DNA of 62,854 nucleotides from an uncultured Planctomycetia bacterium (GTDB lineage: Bacteria > Planctomycetota > UBA8108 > UBA1146): contig CAYPPQ010000002.1 in the NCBI GenBank assembly GCA_964412635.1, forward strand, positions 1-62,854, given 5' to 3'. The notes below the pieces were generated by a model. That model did not search any database. It saw only the letters and a list, made by a program, of their open reading frames with translations, and had not been told where the DNA came from. This document shows, piece after piece, positions 11,101 through 19,180 of the stretch (its first letter is position 1; each line of letters starts with the position of its first letter). The translations under genes were made by a program, and so were the position numbers.

Positions 11101-11913
11101 CTCGAGATCGCACTCCAGCCCTGTGGTTGGCTGGCTGCCTACATCGGTTCTGCACTCACCGATGATGGTCCATTACAGTTCAGAAACCTCGGTGGAGATG
11201 GTCAGCAACTGAAAGCGATCGATCGAAGTACTGGATTGCTCACCACCGAGGTCAAGTTGACAAAGGCGGATTTCGCCGCCGGGATGTGGATCCAGCACTT
11301 CGATCTCGAGGTCCGGGATTCGACCGGGCCCATCTACAGTGGAACCACCTACTTCGGCTTCTTCCCACCGGAAGCACTGGCTCAACAGGTTGGTTTGCCC
11401 GGGGCAGTGGCCAGGACCATTCCACCTCGTGAAGCTCTGGCAGGAAAAGCGTTCCAGGTTCCGGTGCGAGATGATGGTCCCCGGCCCTCCTTCCGCATGG
11501 TCGAGGATGTCGAGTTCTACGCCCCACAGGGTGGGACGGCAGGCCTCGGTTTCATCCGTGGTGGAATCGACGTCAACCGAGATGCCTGGTTCTTCCGTGC
11601 CCATTTCCATGGTGATCCGGTGTGGCCCGGTAGCCTTGGACTGGAGTCGATGCTCCAGCTCCTGCAGGTGGTCGCCCGCGAACGATGGGGAGAGGGGTCC
11701 TGGCTGCCGAGAACTCTCGCTGTCGGTGTTCCCCATCGTTGGACTTATCGCGGGCAGGTGATCCCCGACCGCAAGAGGGTGGTGGTGGAAGCCAACATCA
11801 AGGAAGAAGATCCAGAGCGAGGAATCTTGCTGGCAGACGGGATGTTGCTCGTCGATGACCTGCCCATCTACTCGATGGAAGATTTCTCCGTACAGAAGAG
11901 GGAACTTCGATGA
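5155..11913 (+). CDS. pfaC: Fused PfaB/PfaC-type PUFA synthase subunit (KS - CLF - AT - two FabA-like DH didomains)
   Basis: KS triad DAACASS, ECHATGT, NIGHT. The second KS-like domain lacks the Cys (VSSEDSS), so it is a chain-length factor. AT GHSLGE. FabA-type DH motifs CHFSDDPVMPG and AHFHGDPVWPG. The TTG start overlaps the pfaA TGA (TTGA at 5155-5158). Confidence 0.92.
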   Translation: MKAVAVVGYGLRYPEAPDPDSFWNVIRNGRDTSRQVPDDRWTLNRTEALGGAQPESDRVRSDRGCFIDPPEGPLGFFDPELASAIDPSARLAVIAGVEAARKHLDVLDRDRTSVILGQLLLPTDSYSAMAEAIIGDTLEELVLDSQGREDRRPRGTARCHPLDRFDAALPAAALQRALQLRGGAYTLDAACASSLYAIAQACRDLDSGRCDAALAGGVSRPDCLFTQMGFSQLKALSPEGRCRPFDSRGQGLIVGEGAGVLLLKRLEDADRDGDTVLGVIRGIGLSNDMAGGLLAPSGEGQLRAMRSAYADAGWTPDQVDYIECHATGTPVGDATELRSLMQLWEGPSWRPGQCAIGSVKANIGHTLTAAGAAGIIKVLLAMDREEIPCHPDHQSPPEGIELDSSPFRIPRQPQAWLRRSGAPRRAAVSAFGFGGINAHLLVEEAVKPTTPTISVSTPVTTPSPIAIVGIGAIAGRHHHLHQVAPALLGQPIDSPPQPLPGDLGIPGARWVKERQLDFTGGESCGRLRASPVELRIPPTELNEMLPQQLALLDVAREAIAGARLADLGERGGLFVGLGLDPRSSFFHLRWMMPDRARHWLRELGIDADPDEVDEWIELLRDETGPPLDANRVMGALGSIAASRIARDLNAGGPAHTVSSEDSSGYRAVEMAVRALQDGVVDVALAASADLGLDILSRTLDANEFLPPHTESAVAFVLKRLADVTDVDGPIIATIDGLGSASGGNLAAEEFSSSIRETARLKALRDASITGDCIDLFCNDEINSRTGELAGRPGWKVTLPATLASSGCSSFLLSMLQGICAAHWSVLPADDQQPPVPWVPDRSDRRRILVENSGRLGDCGAMVISAEELVPRLETDEKPQLRCCGEPTHGVISLEGADPRSIESLADELSEMLPSSAASSASLARQWLENHPRLPHAARAVTIVFKSQDQLPAAIDSIPALLRGNAIELKGPGWEIHRSSDPPLGYSGDVTFLYPGSGSLYPGAGARLLARYPGATDHGARTSGDLSRWLGTPDCWRPDAPLPRDPRDAILAQVNLGCIGSDLLFGCGIVPQRAVGHSLGETTMLFALRAWRDRIPMQLRLEDDDLFSHWLAGEHRAAARAWNLPVGSRAPWGAAVIDAPAEEIKAAIEEHPRIYLLVVNAVTESVIGGDPQQVEMLCQERGWTPIWLHGVTSVHCPLVSQVASRYRELHHWPVHLPYRGVILHSTATGEELPVDSDAIADSLLKQATEGFHFPHLLQKLWKSGSRIFIETGPGASCSRLARKALAGLPQRTLPLFWRGEDEELSLARILAVCIAERVAVDLPAFLGTSSHSATSIDSLEIEDGRHSMIVPPLPATRPITAIPPLHPRSVPSRETAAVSTETAPQRDQSMVSPTIEPIPEAAVASPTTRMSLQGRLHRARQLRSELSARWKGDVQQPTESVGHIEIEPLQHETEVIDPPLIDRDQCLEFARGRVGPVLGPDHAAADHFPSRVRLPDEPLMLVDRILELEGEPLSLGPGRIVTAHDILPDAWYLDAGRIPTCIAVEAGQADLFLSAYLGADLHTRGLSVYRLLDAQVIFHDELPGAGNTIIYDIHIDEFFRQDKTLLFRFHFEGSVDGVPLISMRDGCAGFFSEEELASGRGIVHAPHRPRAKAISPAGWNPPAGTDHRRLADHAVDALRKGDLAGAYGSRFSRLDLRSPARLPGGKMRLLDEVTSLEPCGGDWGLGRVVAELAIHPDDWFLTCHFSDDPVMPGTLMYECCLHTLRTLLGAWGWVGEDDEVIPMPVTGIPGRLRCRGQVLPETARVSYDVQVKEIGFEPEPYVITDATMLADGRPIVEMEGMSLRLVGLTRQRIEQIWTSGAEITEVASSEEQRSIPESAAGGGGDAPAIGSQLATLYDHQQILEFATGRPSRAFGDRYLPFDEDRFIARLPGPPYCFLDRIVDVKGTPWVIEPGAACTAEYHAPQDAWYFDAGGQGEMPFAVLLEIALQPCGWLAAYIGSALTDDGPLQFRNLGGDGQQLKAIDRSTGLLTTEVKLTKADFAAGMWIQHFDLEVRDSTGPIYSGTTYFGFFPPEALAQQVGLPGAVARTIPPREALAGKAFQVPVRDDGPRPSFRMVEDVEFYAPQGGTAGLGFIRGGIDVNRDAWFFRAHFHGDPVWPGSLGLESMLQLLQVVARERWGEGSWLPRTLAVGVPHRWTYRGQVIPDRKRVVVEANIKEEDPERGILLADGMLLVDDLPIYSMEDFSVQKRELR

Positions 11914-12983
11914 CACCTACCAGACCCGACGCTGGATACGATGTTCATCTCGCTGCCATCGGCATCGAGATGGCACCGGTGGTGGTGACGAGCGATGAGA
12001 TCGAAACAAGACTGGCCCCCGCATGGAGTTCGATGGGGATCGCCCCGGGTCAGCTGGAACAACTGACCGGTGTTCGGGAGAGAAGATGGTGGCCCGAAGG
12101 TACCAGTATCTCCGAGATGTCTGCACGTGCCTGCCGGGTAGCGCTGGAGCGTGCAAACCTGGACCTCGAATCCATCGACCAGTTGACCTACACCGGTGTC
12201 TGCAGGGAGTCCTTCGAGCCTGCCACCGCCGCTGCCGTCGCTGCTCATCTCGAATTGCCACGGGATGTGCAGTTGCATGACATCTCGAATGCATGCCTTG
12301 GAGCCATGGACGGAATCGTACTGGCGGCCGATGCGATTCGACTGGGTCGGATCGACACGGCTCTGGTTGTGTGCTGTGAAAGTGCCCGGGACATCGTGAA
12401 GATTGCAGAGCAACGATTACTCGAGGAACCGACGATGGAACGATTTATTCCGTCCCTCGCCACTCTTACCGGAGGGTCGGGTGCAGCGGCGCTGCTACTG
12501 GTCTCGTCGAGAATCTCCAGCGACGGTCCCCGCTACCTGGGAAGCACCCAGGGTACCGATGCGCGCTGGTTCGACCTGTGTCGCTGGGGAGTGCGACGTG
12601 ACGAGGAGAGTGAAGATCTGGCGGCCCGCATCGAATACATGGAGACGGACTCGGTGGCGGTACTGCGTCACGGCGTCGAACTGGGTATTCGCACCTGGAA
12701 TCGCTTCCTGAGTCAACTGGACACCTCTCCTGCGGAGATTCACCGGACCATCTGCCACCAGGTAGGATCCTCCCACCGCGACGAAATCCTCCCCTCCCTC
12801 GGCCTGTCGGCGGATAACGATTTCATCTCGTACCCATTTCTGGGCAACATGGGTACTGTATCGATCCCGATGACCGCTGCCATCGCTGAGGAACGAGGCT
12901 TCCTGTCAGCACAGCAGCGAGTGGCTTTTCTTGGAATCGGTAGTGGCCTGGTCTGTCGGATGATCGGTTGGGAGTGGCGATGA
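11910..12983 (+). CDS. oleA: OleA thiolase-fold head-to-head acyl condensing enzyme
   Basis: GVRERRWW, ESFEPATA (catalytic Glu region), ISNACLG (Cys), ICHQVG (His), LGNMG (Asn), GIGSG. ATGA overlap with pfaC; followed by oleBCD. Confidence 0.9.
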   Translation: MTPTRPDAGYDVHLAAIGIEMAPVVVTSDEIETRLAPAWSSMGIAPGQLEQLTGVRERRWWPEGTSISEMSARACRVALERANLDLESIDQLTYTGVCRESFEPATAAAVAAHLELPRDVQLHDISNACLGAMDGIVLAADAIRLGRIDTALVVCCESARDIVKIAEQRLLEEPTMERFIPSLATLTGGSGAAALLLVSSRISSDGPRYLGSTQGTDARWFDLCRWGVRRDEESEDLAARIEYMETDSVAVLRHGVELGIRTWNRFLSQLDTSPAEIHRTICHQVGSSHRDEILPSLGLSADNDFISYPFLGNMGTVSIPMTAAIAEERGFLSAQQRVAFLGIGSGLVCRMIGWEWR

Positions 12984-13897
12984 CCCGTCTATTCGTCGAT
13001 GAGGAATTTCCGTTCAAGAGTCACTGGTATGACCGAGGTGAAGGTCATCGAATGCACTACATCGATGAAGGCGAGGGAGATCCCATCGTCTGTGTCCACG
13101 GGAACCCGACCTGGTCCTTCTTTTTTCGGCACCTGATCACCAGGATGTCGAGATCGAACAGGGTCATCGCAATCGACCACATCGGTTGCGGATTTTCCGA
13201 CAAGCCCTCGGCGCAGAACTATAACTATCGGCTCGCCAACAGAATCGATGATCTTGAAGGATTACTCGACCATCTCGACATTCGATCGGGAGCGACCCTT
13301 GTCGCACACGACTGGGGAGGAGCCATCGGATTCGGTGCCGCCGGACGCAATCCCGACAGATTCTCCTCGCTGGTGGCGATGAACACGGCAGCATTTTCAT
13401 TGCCCGCTGGAAAACCGTTTCCGTGGATCATCCGTCCCGCTCGTAGTTTTCTCGGCGAGTTCCTGGTCAGAGGTCTCGATGCATTTGTACTGGGAACCCT
13501 GTTCATCGGGACCAGCCGTCGCAAACTGTCCCGGGCAGATCGTGCCGGCTACAGGGCGCCATACAACAACTGGAACAACAGACTGGCGGTGCACCGTTTC
13601 GTGGAAGACATTCCGCTGCAACCAGGGGATCCATCGTGGGATACCCTCGCTGAAGTGGAGGCGGGTCTCGCTGCACTCTCCGAGCATCCCCTGCTACTCC
13701 TGTGGGGATCCCGAGATCCCGTCTTCGACGTCGACTTCCTGAAGGAGTGGCGCCGACGCTTTCCGACAGCTCACTGGCGTGAGTGGAGTGATTGCAGCCA
13801 CCTGCTCCTCGACGATGCCCCCGAGGAAGTGATCACGGAGATTCGTAACTTCCGGGAATCGGTCGCCAGAAAAAAGGTGAGCCGATGCCTGCTGTGA
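12980..13897 (+). CDS. oleB: OleB alpha/beta-hydrolase (beta-lactone decarboxylase, haloalkane-dehalogenase-like)
   Basis: HGNPTWSF, HDWGG (Asp nucleophile), C-terminal SHLL. The likely start is ATG 12980, which overlaps the oleA stop as ATGA; the ORF track starts at 12968. Confidence 0.9.
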   Translation: MTRLFVDEEFPFKSHWYDRGEGHRMHYIDEGEGDPIVCVHGNPTWSFFFRHLITRMSRSNRVIAIDHIGCGFSDKPSAQNYNYRLANRIDDLEGLLDHLDIRSGATLVAHDWGGAIGFGAAGRNPDRFSSLVAMNTAAFSLPAGKPFPWIIRPARSFLGEFLVRGLDAFVLGTLFIGTSRRKLSRADRAGYRAPYNNWNNRLAVHRFVEDIPLQPGDPSWDTLAEVEAGLAALSEHPLLLLWGSRDPVFDVDFLKEWRRRFPTAHWREWSDCSHLLLDDAPEEVITEIRNFRESVARKKVSRCLL

Positions 13898-15531
13898 TCG
13901 AATCCAATTCTCCAGCGATCGGAGTCGCCAGTCGGCTACGTACCCAGGCAAGAGAAAGACCGCATCAAGTTGCCGTGTGGGAACTCCAGCATCGGAACTG
14001 GCAAAAACGCACATTTCGGGAACTCGACCAGCTGGTCGACCGAACCTGCCATGCTCTTGTCCGTGCCGGCATCACCCGGGGGATGCGCACCGTATTGATG
14101 ATTCCTCCGGGGAGAGAATTCCTCGTCTGCACATTTGCCTTGATGCGAATCGGAGCTCCACCGGTGCTGGTCGATCCTGGAATGGGAATCGCTGGATTGG
14201 GACGCTGTCTCGGTCGCGCGAATCCGCAGGCCTTCATCGGTGTGCCCAGGGCTCACCGTGCTCGAGTACTCCTGCGCTGGGCATCATCATCCGTGAAGCA
14301 TCGAATCAGTGTCGGAAACGGCTGGATCCCACCATTTACCCGTAGACTGGAAAGACTGAGAGACGAGGAGGAGATGAACGTCCCCTTCACCGAGCCGGTC
14401 CTCGAGAGCGATGAAACCGCCGCGATCCTGTTCACGTCGGGGAGTACCGGTCCCGCCAAGGGCTCCATCTCTCATCAACGATTGATCGAGACCCAGGTCG
14501 ACTGGATCGCCAGGATTCATGGCATCGAGGCGGGAGAAGTTGACCTTCCCACCTTTCCCCTATTCGGTCTCTTCAGTGTCGCTCTGGGGATGACCTCGGT
14601 GGTACCCCGGATGGACTTCACTCGCCCCGCAGAAGCAGATCCTCAACACCTCCTCGATCTGATCGATAGATTCGAAGTGACCAGCCTCTTCGCCTCCCCT
14701 GCCCTGCTCGGAAACCTGTCGAGATACCTCCGTGAAAACTCGAGATCGATGTCGGGATTGAGGAGGATCATCAGCGCCGGCGCACCGGCCCGGCATGAGG
14801 AGATCGAACAACTGCTCCCCTCTCTCTCGGCACAGACACGGGTCGAAACTCCCTACGGCGCGACCGAAGCGATGCCACTGTGTTGCATCGGACATCAGGA
14901 GTTCCTCGACTCTCGTCGGGAGACCGACCTCGGCGCCGGTATCTGCGTCGGATCGGTGGTGCAAGGGGTTCAGATTCGAATCTGCCCGGAGGCCACCCCC
15001 CCACGACCCAGTTCCTGCGTCGCTGATGGAGAGGCCGGTGAAATCTGGGCCAGCGGAGATATCGTTTCCAGGAGTTACTTCGATGACTCCGTTGCAAATG
15101 AGATACACAAGTTCATCGACAGCGATGGAACTCACTGGCATCGCACAGGTGACCTCGGGAATTTCGACTCCACCGGTCGAATCTGGTTTCGAGGGCGCAA
15201 CAGCCAGGTGGTTCGCACCGCCTCTGGTGATCTGCACACCGTGGCCATCGAAAGGGTATTCGACGTCCATCCTTCGGTTCGACGCAGCGCACTGGTAGGA
15301 AGAGGAAAGAAGGGTCAACAGGTGCCAATCCTGTGCATCGAGAAGGCACCCTCCTCACCCATCGATGAGGCCCAGTTGATCAGGGAGTTGAAGAAGATCG
15401 GCAGCACGGTGAAGGGTGCCGATCAGATCGATCACTTCTTCTTTCCAGGCCCCTTCCCCGTCGACATTCGCCACAACGCCAAGATCGATCGGGAAGCCCT
15501 TGGAATCTCCGCAGGTGAGGTGTTTCGATGA
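13885..15531 (+). CDS. oleC: OleC AMP-dependent ligase (beta-lactone synthetase)
   Basis: LFTSGSTGPAKG, PYGATE, HRTGDLG, FPVDIRHNAKIDR. Overlaps the oleB end by 13 nt. Confidence 0.9.
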   Translation: MPAVIESNSPAIGVASRLRTQARERPHQVAVWELQHRNWQKRTFRELDQLVDRTCHALVRAGITRGMRTVLMIPPGREFLVCTFALMRIGAPPVLVDPGMGIAGLGRCLGRANPQAFIGVPRAHRARVLLRWASSSVKHRISVGNGWIPPFTRRLERLRDEEEMNVPFTEPVLESDETAAILFTSGSTGPAKGSISHQRLIETQVDWIARIHGIEAGEVDLPTFPLFGLFSVALGMTSVVPRMDFTRPAEADPQHLLDLIDRFEVTSLFASPALLGNLSRYLRENSRSMSGLRRIISAGAPARHEEIEQLLPSLSAQTRVETPYGATEAMPLCCIGHQEFLDSRRETDLGAGICVGSVVQGVQIRICPEATPPRPSSCVADGEAGEIWASGDIVSRSYFDDSVANEIHKFIDSDGTHWHRTGDLGNFDSTGRIWFRGRNSQVVRTASGDLHTVAIERVFDVHPSVRRSALVGRGKKGQQVPILCIEKAPSSPIDEAQLIRELKKIGSTVKGADQIDHFFFPGPFPVDIRHNAKIDREALGISAGEVFR

Positions 15532-16532
15532 AAATACTCGTCACCGGTGCAGGTGGATTCATCGGAGGAGTCCTCGCCACAAGACTGAAGAGCCTTGGGC
15601 ACGACATCATCACCCTTCAGCGAGGTGATTATCCTGCTCTGGAGACTGCTGGAATCGAGACGATTCGGGGTGATCTGACAGACCTTGCGACGGTTCAACG
15701 CGCCGCCAACGGTTGTGACGTCGTGTTTCATGTCGCAGCGCTGGCAGCTGTCTGGGGACCCGCCATCGATTTCCACCGTACCAATGTGATCGGCACCCGA
15801 AAAGTCAACCACGCCTGCCCCCTCGAGGGGCTGACACGAATCATCTACACCTCCACTCCCAGTCTCGTCTTAGACGGACACGATCAGGAGGGTATCGATG
15901 AGAAGACCCCTTATCCTGATAAGTTTCTCGCTCATTACCCCAGGACCAAGGCGATGGCAGAGAGAGAAGTCCTGGCGGCAAATGACACACAACTGTCGAC
16001 AGTTGCTCTCAGACCTCATCTGGTGTGGGGACCTGGAGATCGTCACCTGATCCCCAGGATCGCCGAGAGGGCCTGTGCGGGAACCCTGCGCTGGATCGAT
16101 CGGCCAGGTGTTCTCATCGATGCGACCTACATCGAGAATGCCATCGATGCTCATATCGCCGCCATGCAAGCACTTTTGACCAGTAAGGCATGTTGTGGGA
16201 AGGTGTATTTCATATCTAACGGAGAACCGACTCCACCCCGTGAACTGATCTCGGGTATCTTGTCGTCATTGAATATCCGGGATCAGTTTCCGTCGATTTC
16301 TCCAGGTTTGGCCTACGGAGTGGCTACCTTGCTGGAATGGATTCATAAGATCCCTGGAGTCCACGGGGAACCGTCACTCACTCGATTCAGCGCACGGCAG
16401 TTATCAACCAGTCACTGGTTTGATCTCTCCGCTGCGAAAAATGACCTGCACTGGGTGCCCAGGGTAACGACAGCAGAGGGAATAGAACAACTATGCAAGA
16501 ACCATTACCACGCTGCATCTCAGACGACATGA
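15528..16532 (+). CDS. oleD: OleD NAD(P)-dependent 2-alkyl-3-oxoalkanoate reductase (3-beta-HSD-like extended SDR)
   Basis: GAGGFIG, YTSTPS, YPRTK (YxxxK), LRPHLVWGPGD. ATGA overlap with oleC. Confidence 0.9.
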   Translation: MKILVTGAGGFIGGVLATRLKSLGHDIITLQRGDYPALETAGIETIRGDLTDLATVQRAANGCDVVFHVAALAAVWGPAIDFHRTNVIGTRKVNHACPLEGLTRIIYTSTPSLVLDGHDQEGIDEKTPYPDKFLAHYPRTKAMAEREVLAANDTQLSTVALRPHLVWGPGDRHLIPRIAERACAGTLRWIDRPGVLIDATYIENAIDAHIAAMQALLTSKACCGKVYFISNGEPTPPRELISGILSSLNIRDQFPSISPGLAYGVATLLEWIHKIPGVHGEPSLTRFSARQLSTSHWFDLSAAKNDLHWVPRVTTAEGIEQLCKNHYHAASQTT

Positions 16533-17254
16533 CCGTCGCCTCTCAGTTGAGCACACAAACCATCGACATCTGGCCCTTCCGCCTCGATGAATCGCCAAAT
16601 CGAATAGAGATGCTGACGGAGTGGCTCCCTCCACATGAAAAAACGATGCAATACCGTGGCGTCGTTCCCGAGATCGGCATCCGAGCGTCAGTCGCCCGTG
16701 CTGGCCTGCGCAGGATCCTCTCGCGCTACCTCGGGAAGGCCCCCAGTGCTCTGAACTTCGAAATCGGAGATCACGGGAAGCCTGGCCTCGGTTCGGAACC
16801 GATTTCCTTCAACCTGGCACACTCTGCTTCTCTTGCCATCGTCGTGGTTACCCTGGAGAACCGTATCGGCGTCGACCTGGAGTTGATCAGAGACTCCATC
16901 GCTGTCGATCAACTGGCAGTCCGCTGCTTCAGTGCAGGCGAACTGGAGCGATGGAAGAAACTCCCGGATTCTGAAAAGCTCCAGGTATTCTTCGATATCT
17001 GGACGAGAAAAGAAGCCTTCCTCAAGGCACTAGGCGACGGAATGTCGAAAGCGATGAACAGCATCGAGTGCGATCTTGAATCGGACTCTGGTTCTGGTTT
17101 GATCTCCATGAGTTACCCCGGCGAAACCCCAGAGAACTGGAATACCATCACGAAACTGATCGGTGGGCAAGCGCGGTACGCCATCTGCTGTGAAGGTCGC
17201 GATCACGTCACAACTCTCCGAGACTCTCGGGAAATTGGGCTCAATCGATGGTGA
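16529..17254 (+). CDS. pfaE: Sfp-type 4'-phosphopantetheinyl transferase (PfaE-like)
   Basis: FNLAHS, IGVDLE, WTRKEAFLKALG. The likely start is ATG 16529, overlapping the oleD stop as ATGA. Confidence 0.88.
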   Translation: MTVASQLSTQTIDIWPFRLDESPNRIEMLTEWLPPHEKTMQYRGVVPEIGIRASVARAGLRRILSRYLGKAPSALNFEIGDHGKPGLGSEPISFNLAHSASLAIVVVTLENRIGVDLELIRDSIAVDQLAVRCFSAGELERWKKLPDSEKLQVFFDIWTRKEAFLKALGDGMSKAMNSIECDLESDSGSGLISMSYPGETPENWNTITKLIGGQARYAICCEGRDHVTTLRDSREIGLNRW

Positions 17255-19058
17255 TGGTGAGGGTCCCTGAGCCGTACTCCAGCGATCCCCACCCTCCGAT
17301 GCGAATCAGATAACTCGCTCCTTCACTGACCAGTACATTCGATAATTCTGATGTGAAATTCGCACACCCGTCCCCATCTCCATTGCAGCCGATCTGAATC
17401 ATCGATCTACAGAAGCCCTCGTATACAACGATGTCGGAATCAAAAGAGACCTGGTCACAGAGTGAAAAGGTAGCCTGGCCACTGGCCGGGGCGACAAAAC
17501 TCAGCCAGATATCCTGCTCAACATCTCCGAGTAGTGAATCGGAGCACTGCCCTACGGTGAAGAGATCGGTAGAAGTGGTCATGCTGGTGGTGTCGAAGAT
17601 GGTATCTCCCATGCCGACAAGCGGAGCAGACTCACATTCATCTCCTTGAGTGTTTGCGTAACATGCTGGATCGGTACAGGGAACTGCGCATGGGAGAGAA
17701 TCAGCAGTTGGATCGATTCCAGGAAGAGGAAATGGAGGTGCAGGTTGTGGGCCAGCGATGAACAAAAAGGAGAGCAATGAAATCGCATCTCCAAGATCAA
17801 GAGAGCCGCTATCGTCGTGATCCGCAGCAGATGCACACGGTATCTCGCCCCCCAGGAACAGGTACTGAAGTGTGATCACTCCATCGGAGAGATCGAGTTG
17901 CCCATCTGAAGTTGTATCACCCCGTATGAAGACGACGGAGGGGTCCGGTGGTTCGATATCGACCTGACACGTAGCTGGCTGGCTGTCTTGTGAGCCCAGA
18001 GAACCGATCACTCCGTATTCAATCAGGCCTTCGAGGCCGATCCCGCTGTCGAGGTAACTGCTCGCAGTACCCGCTATCGTGGCAAGTGGATCCCCATCCC
18101 TCGTGATCATGATTACCTGGTAAGGAAGTGTGTTTTGCCAGCCGAGAAGAACACCGGAGCCGCTCTGGATACACGATATGCCAGCAGGTTGTTCAACGGC
18201 TCCGTCGATGGCCACCGTGCATTCCGTTGCCACTGATGGAGTCGTTCCTGAGACACCTCGGATACGGTAGTGAGCTTCCGAAGGGATGAGCAATCCCGAA
18301 TCCTCGAAGAGTTCCGTGGAACCCGCGACTTCACCGATGATCACTCCGTCTCTTTCGATCTGAACGGAATCGTAGGCACCTCCATCTTGCCACGAGAGAT
18401 ATGCAGTTCCGGCAGCTTCAGCACAGGTAAAGGCGATCGGCGGCGGCACATCACTGATCGTCAGCGTCAGCGTGTTTGAAATGGTAGGAAGCACCTCGCC
18501 AGCGGGGTCGGTGGTCAACGGTCCTAGCCAGCCGCACGCAAGATCGGGAACAGGTGCAGTGAGGACCGATTCGCCAGTCGTGGCAAAACTGTTCACTCTC
18601 ATGTGTAGGATTGCCAGCGTTGCTGAACTCCCGGTGAACTCACCATCGAGAACCAGACCGAGACTGAAGGCCTCGGTTCCCTGTCCATCCCACCACTGTG
18701 TACAACCGATGTCCCCACCGGGCCCCGCCGGCGGAGGGGCATTCCACGCCATCGCCAAGATGGGAGGGGCGGACGGAATCGCATCGGGGAGAGTCACGGA
18801 AAGTAACTGGAGAGTCGCTGCATCCCAGGAGATGACATGTTGAATCCCCTGGATAGACATCTGATCCAGATTCTCGAGGGAAATTTCCACATCGAACAGA
18901 TCGCCTGGCGCTTGAACGGAATCACTGGTCGATGTGCTCAGTCCAACCTGCTGCGCCTGTGCCACGACCGATGTGATCGCTAGCGATGACATCAAGATTG
19001 CGATCGCCATGACACCACTGTGCGTGGTAACTGACTTCATCCACAAGAACTTGTTCAT
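17241..19058 (-). CDS. Secreted multidomain protein: cohesin-like domain, two Ig/Fn3-like modules, dockerin-like (FIRGD) module, C-terminal Cys-containing beta-sandwich
   Basis: Signal-like N-terminus (MAIAILMSSLAITSVVAQA). Two repeats of xxCxxxxxxxxLxWQxxxxYxxxxIxRDG. Paired EF-hand-like loops FIRGDTTSDGQLDLSDG and AADHDDSGSLDLGDAI. The start is uncertain (19085, 19058 or later). Confidence 0.72.
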   Translation of the reverse strand: MNKFLWMKSVTTHSGVMAIAILMSSLAITSVVAQAQQVGLSTSTSDSVQAPGDLFDVEISLENLDQMSIQGIQHVISWDAATLQLLSVTLPDAIPSAPPILAMAWNAPPPAGPGGDIGCTQWWDGQGTEAFSLGLVLDGEFTGSSATLAILHMRVNSFATTGESVLTAPVPDLACGWLGPLTTDPAGEVLPTISNTLTLTISDVPPPIAFTCAEAAGTAYLSWQDGGAYDSVQIERDGVIIGEVAGSTELFEDSGLLIPSEAHYRIRGVSGTTPSVATECTVAIDGAVEQPAGISCIQSGSGVLLGWQNTLPYQVIMITRDGDPLATIAGTASSYLDSGIGLEGLIEYGVIGSLGSQDSQPATCQVDIEPPDPSVVFIRGDTTSDGQLDLSDGVITLQYLFLGGEIPCASAADHDDSGSLDLGDAISLLSFLFIAGPQPAPPFPLPGIDPTADSLPCAVPCTDPACYANTQGDECESAPLVGMGDTIFDTTSMTTSTDLFTVGQCSDSLLGDVEQDIWLSFVAPASGQATFSLCDQVSFDSDIVVYEGFCRSMIQIGCNGDGDGCANFTSELSNVLVSEGASYLIRIGGWGSLEYGSGTLTITID

Positions 19059-19180
19059 GGTGTACTCCCAGCCGGGAACTGACATCGATTCAGACTCCCG
19101 AATTCCCGGTATCTATCCCTGGATTCAAGGATATCACTGCCGGGAGTGTGTGCGAGATCCAGCGATCGAGATGACCTGGA

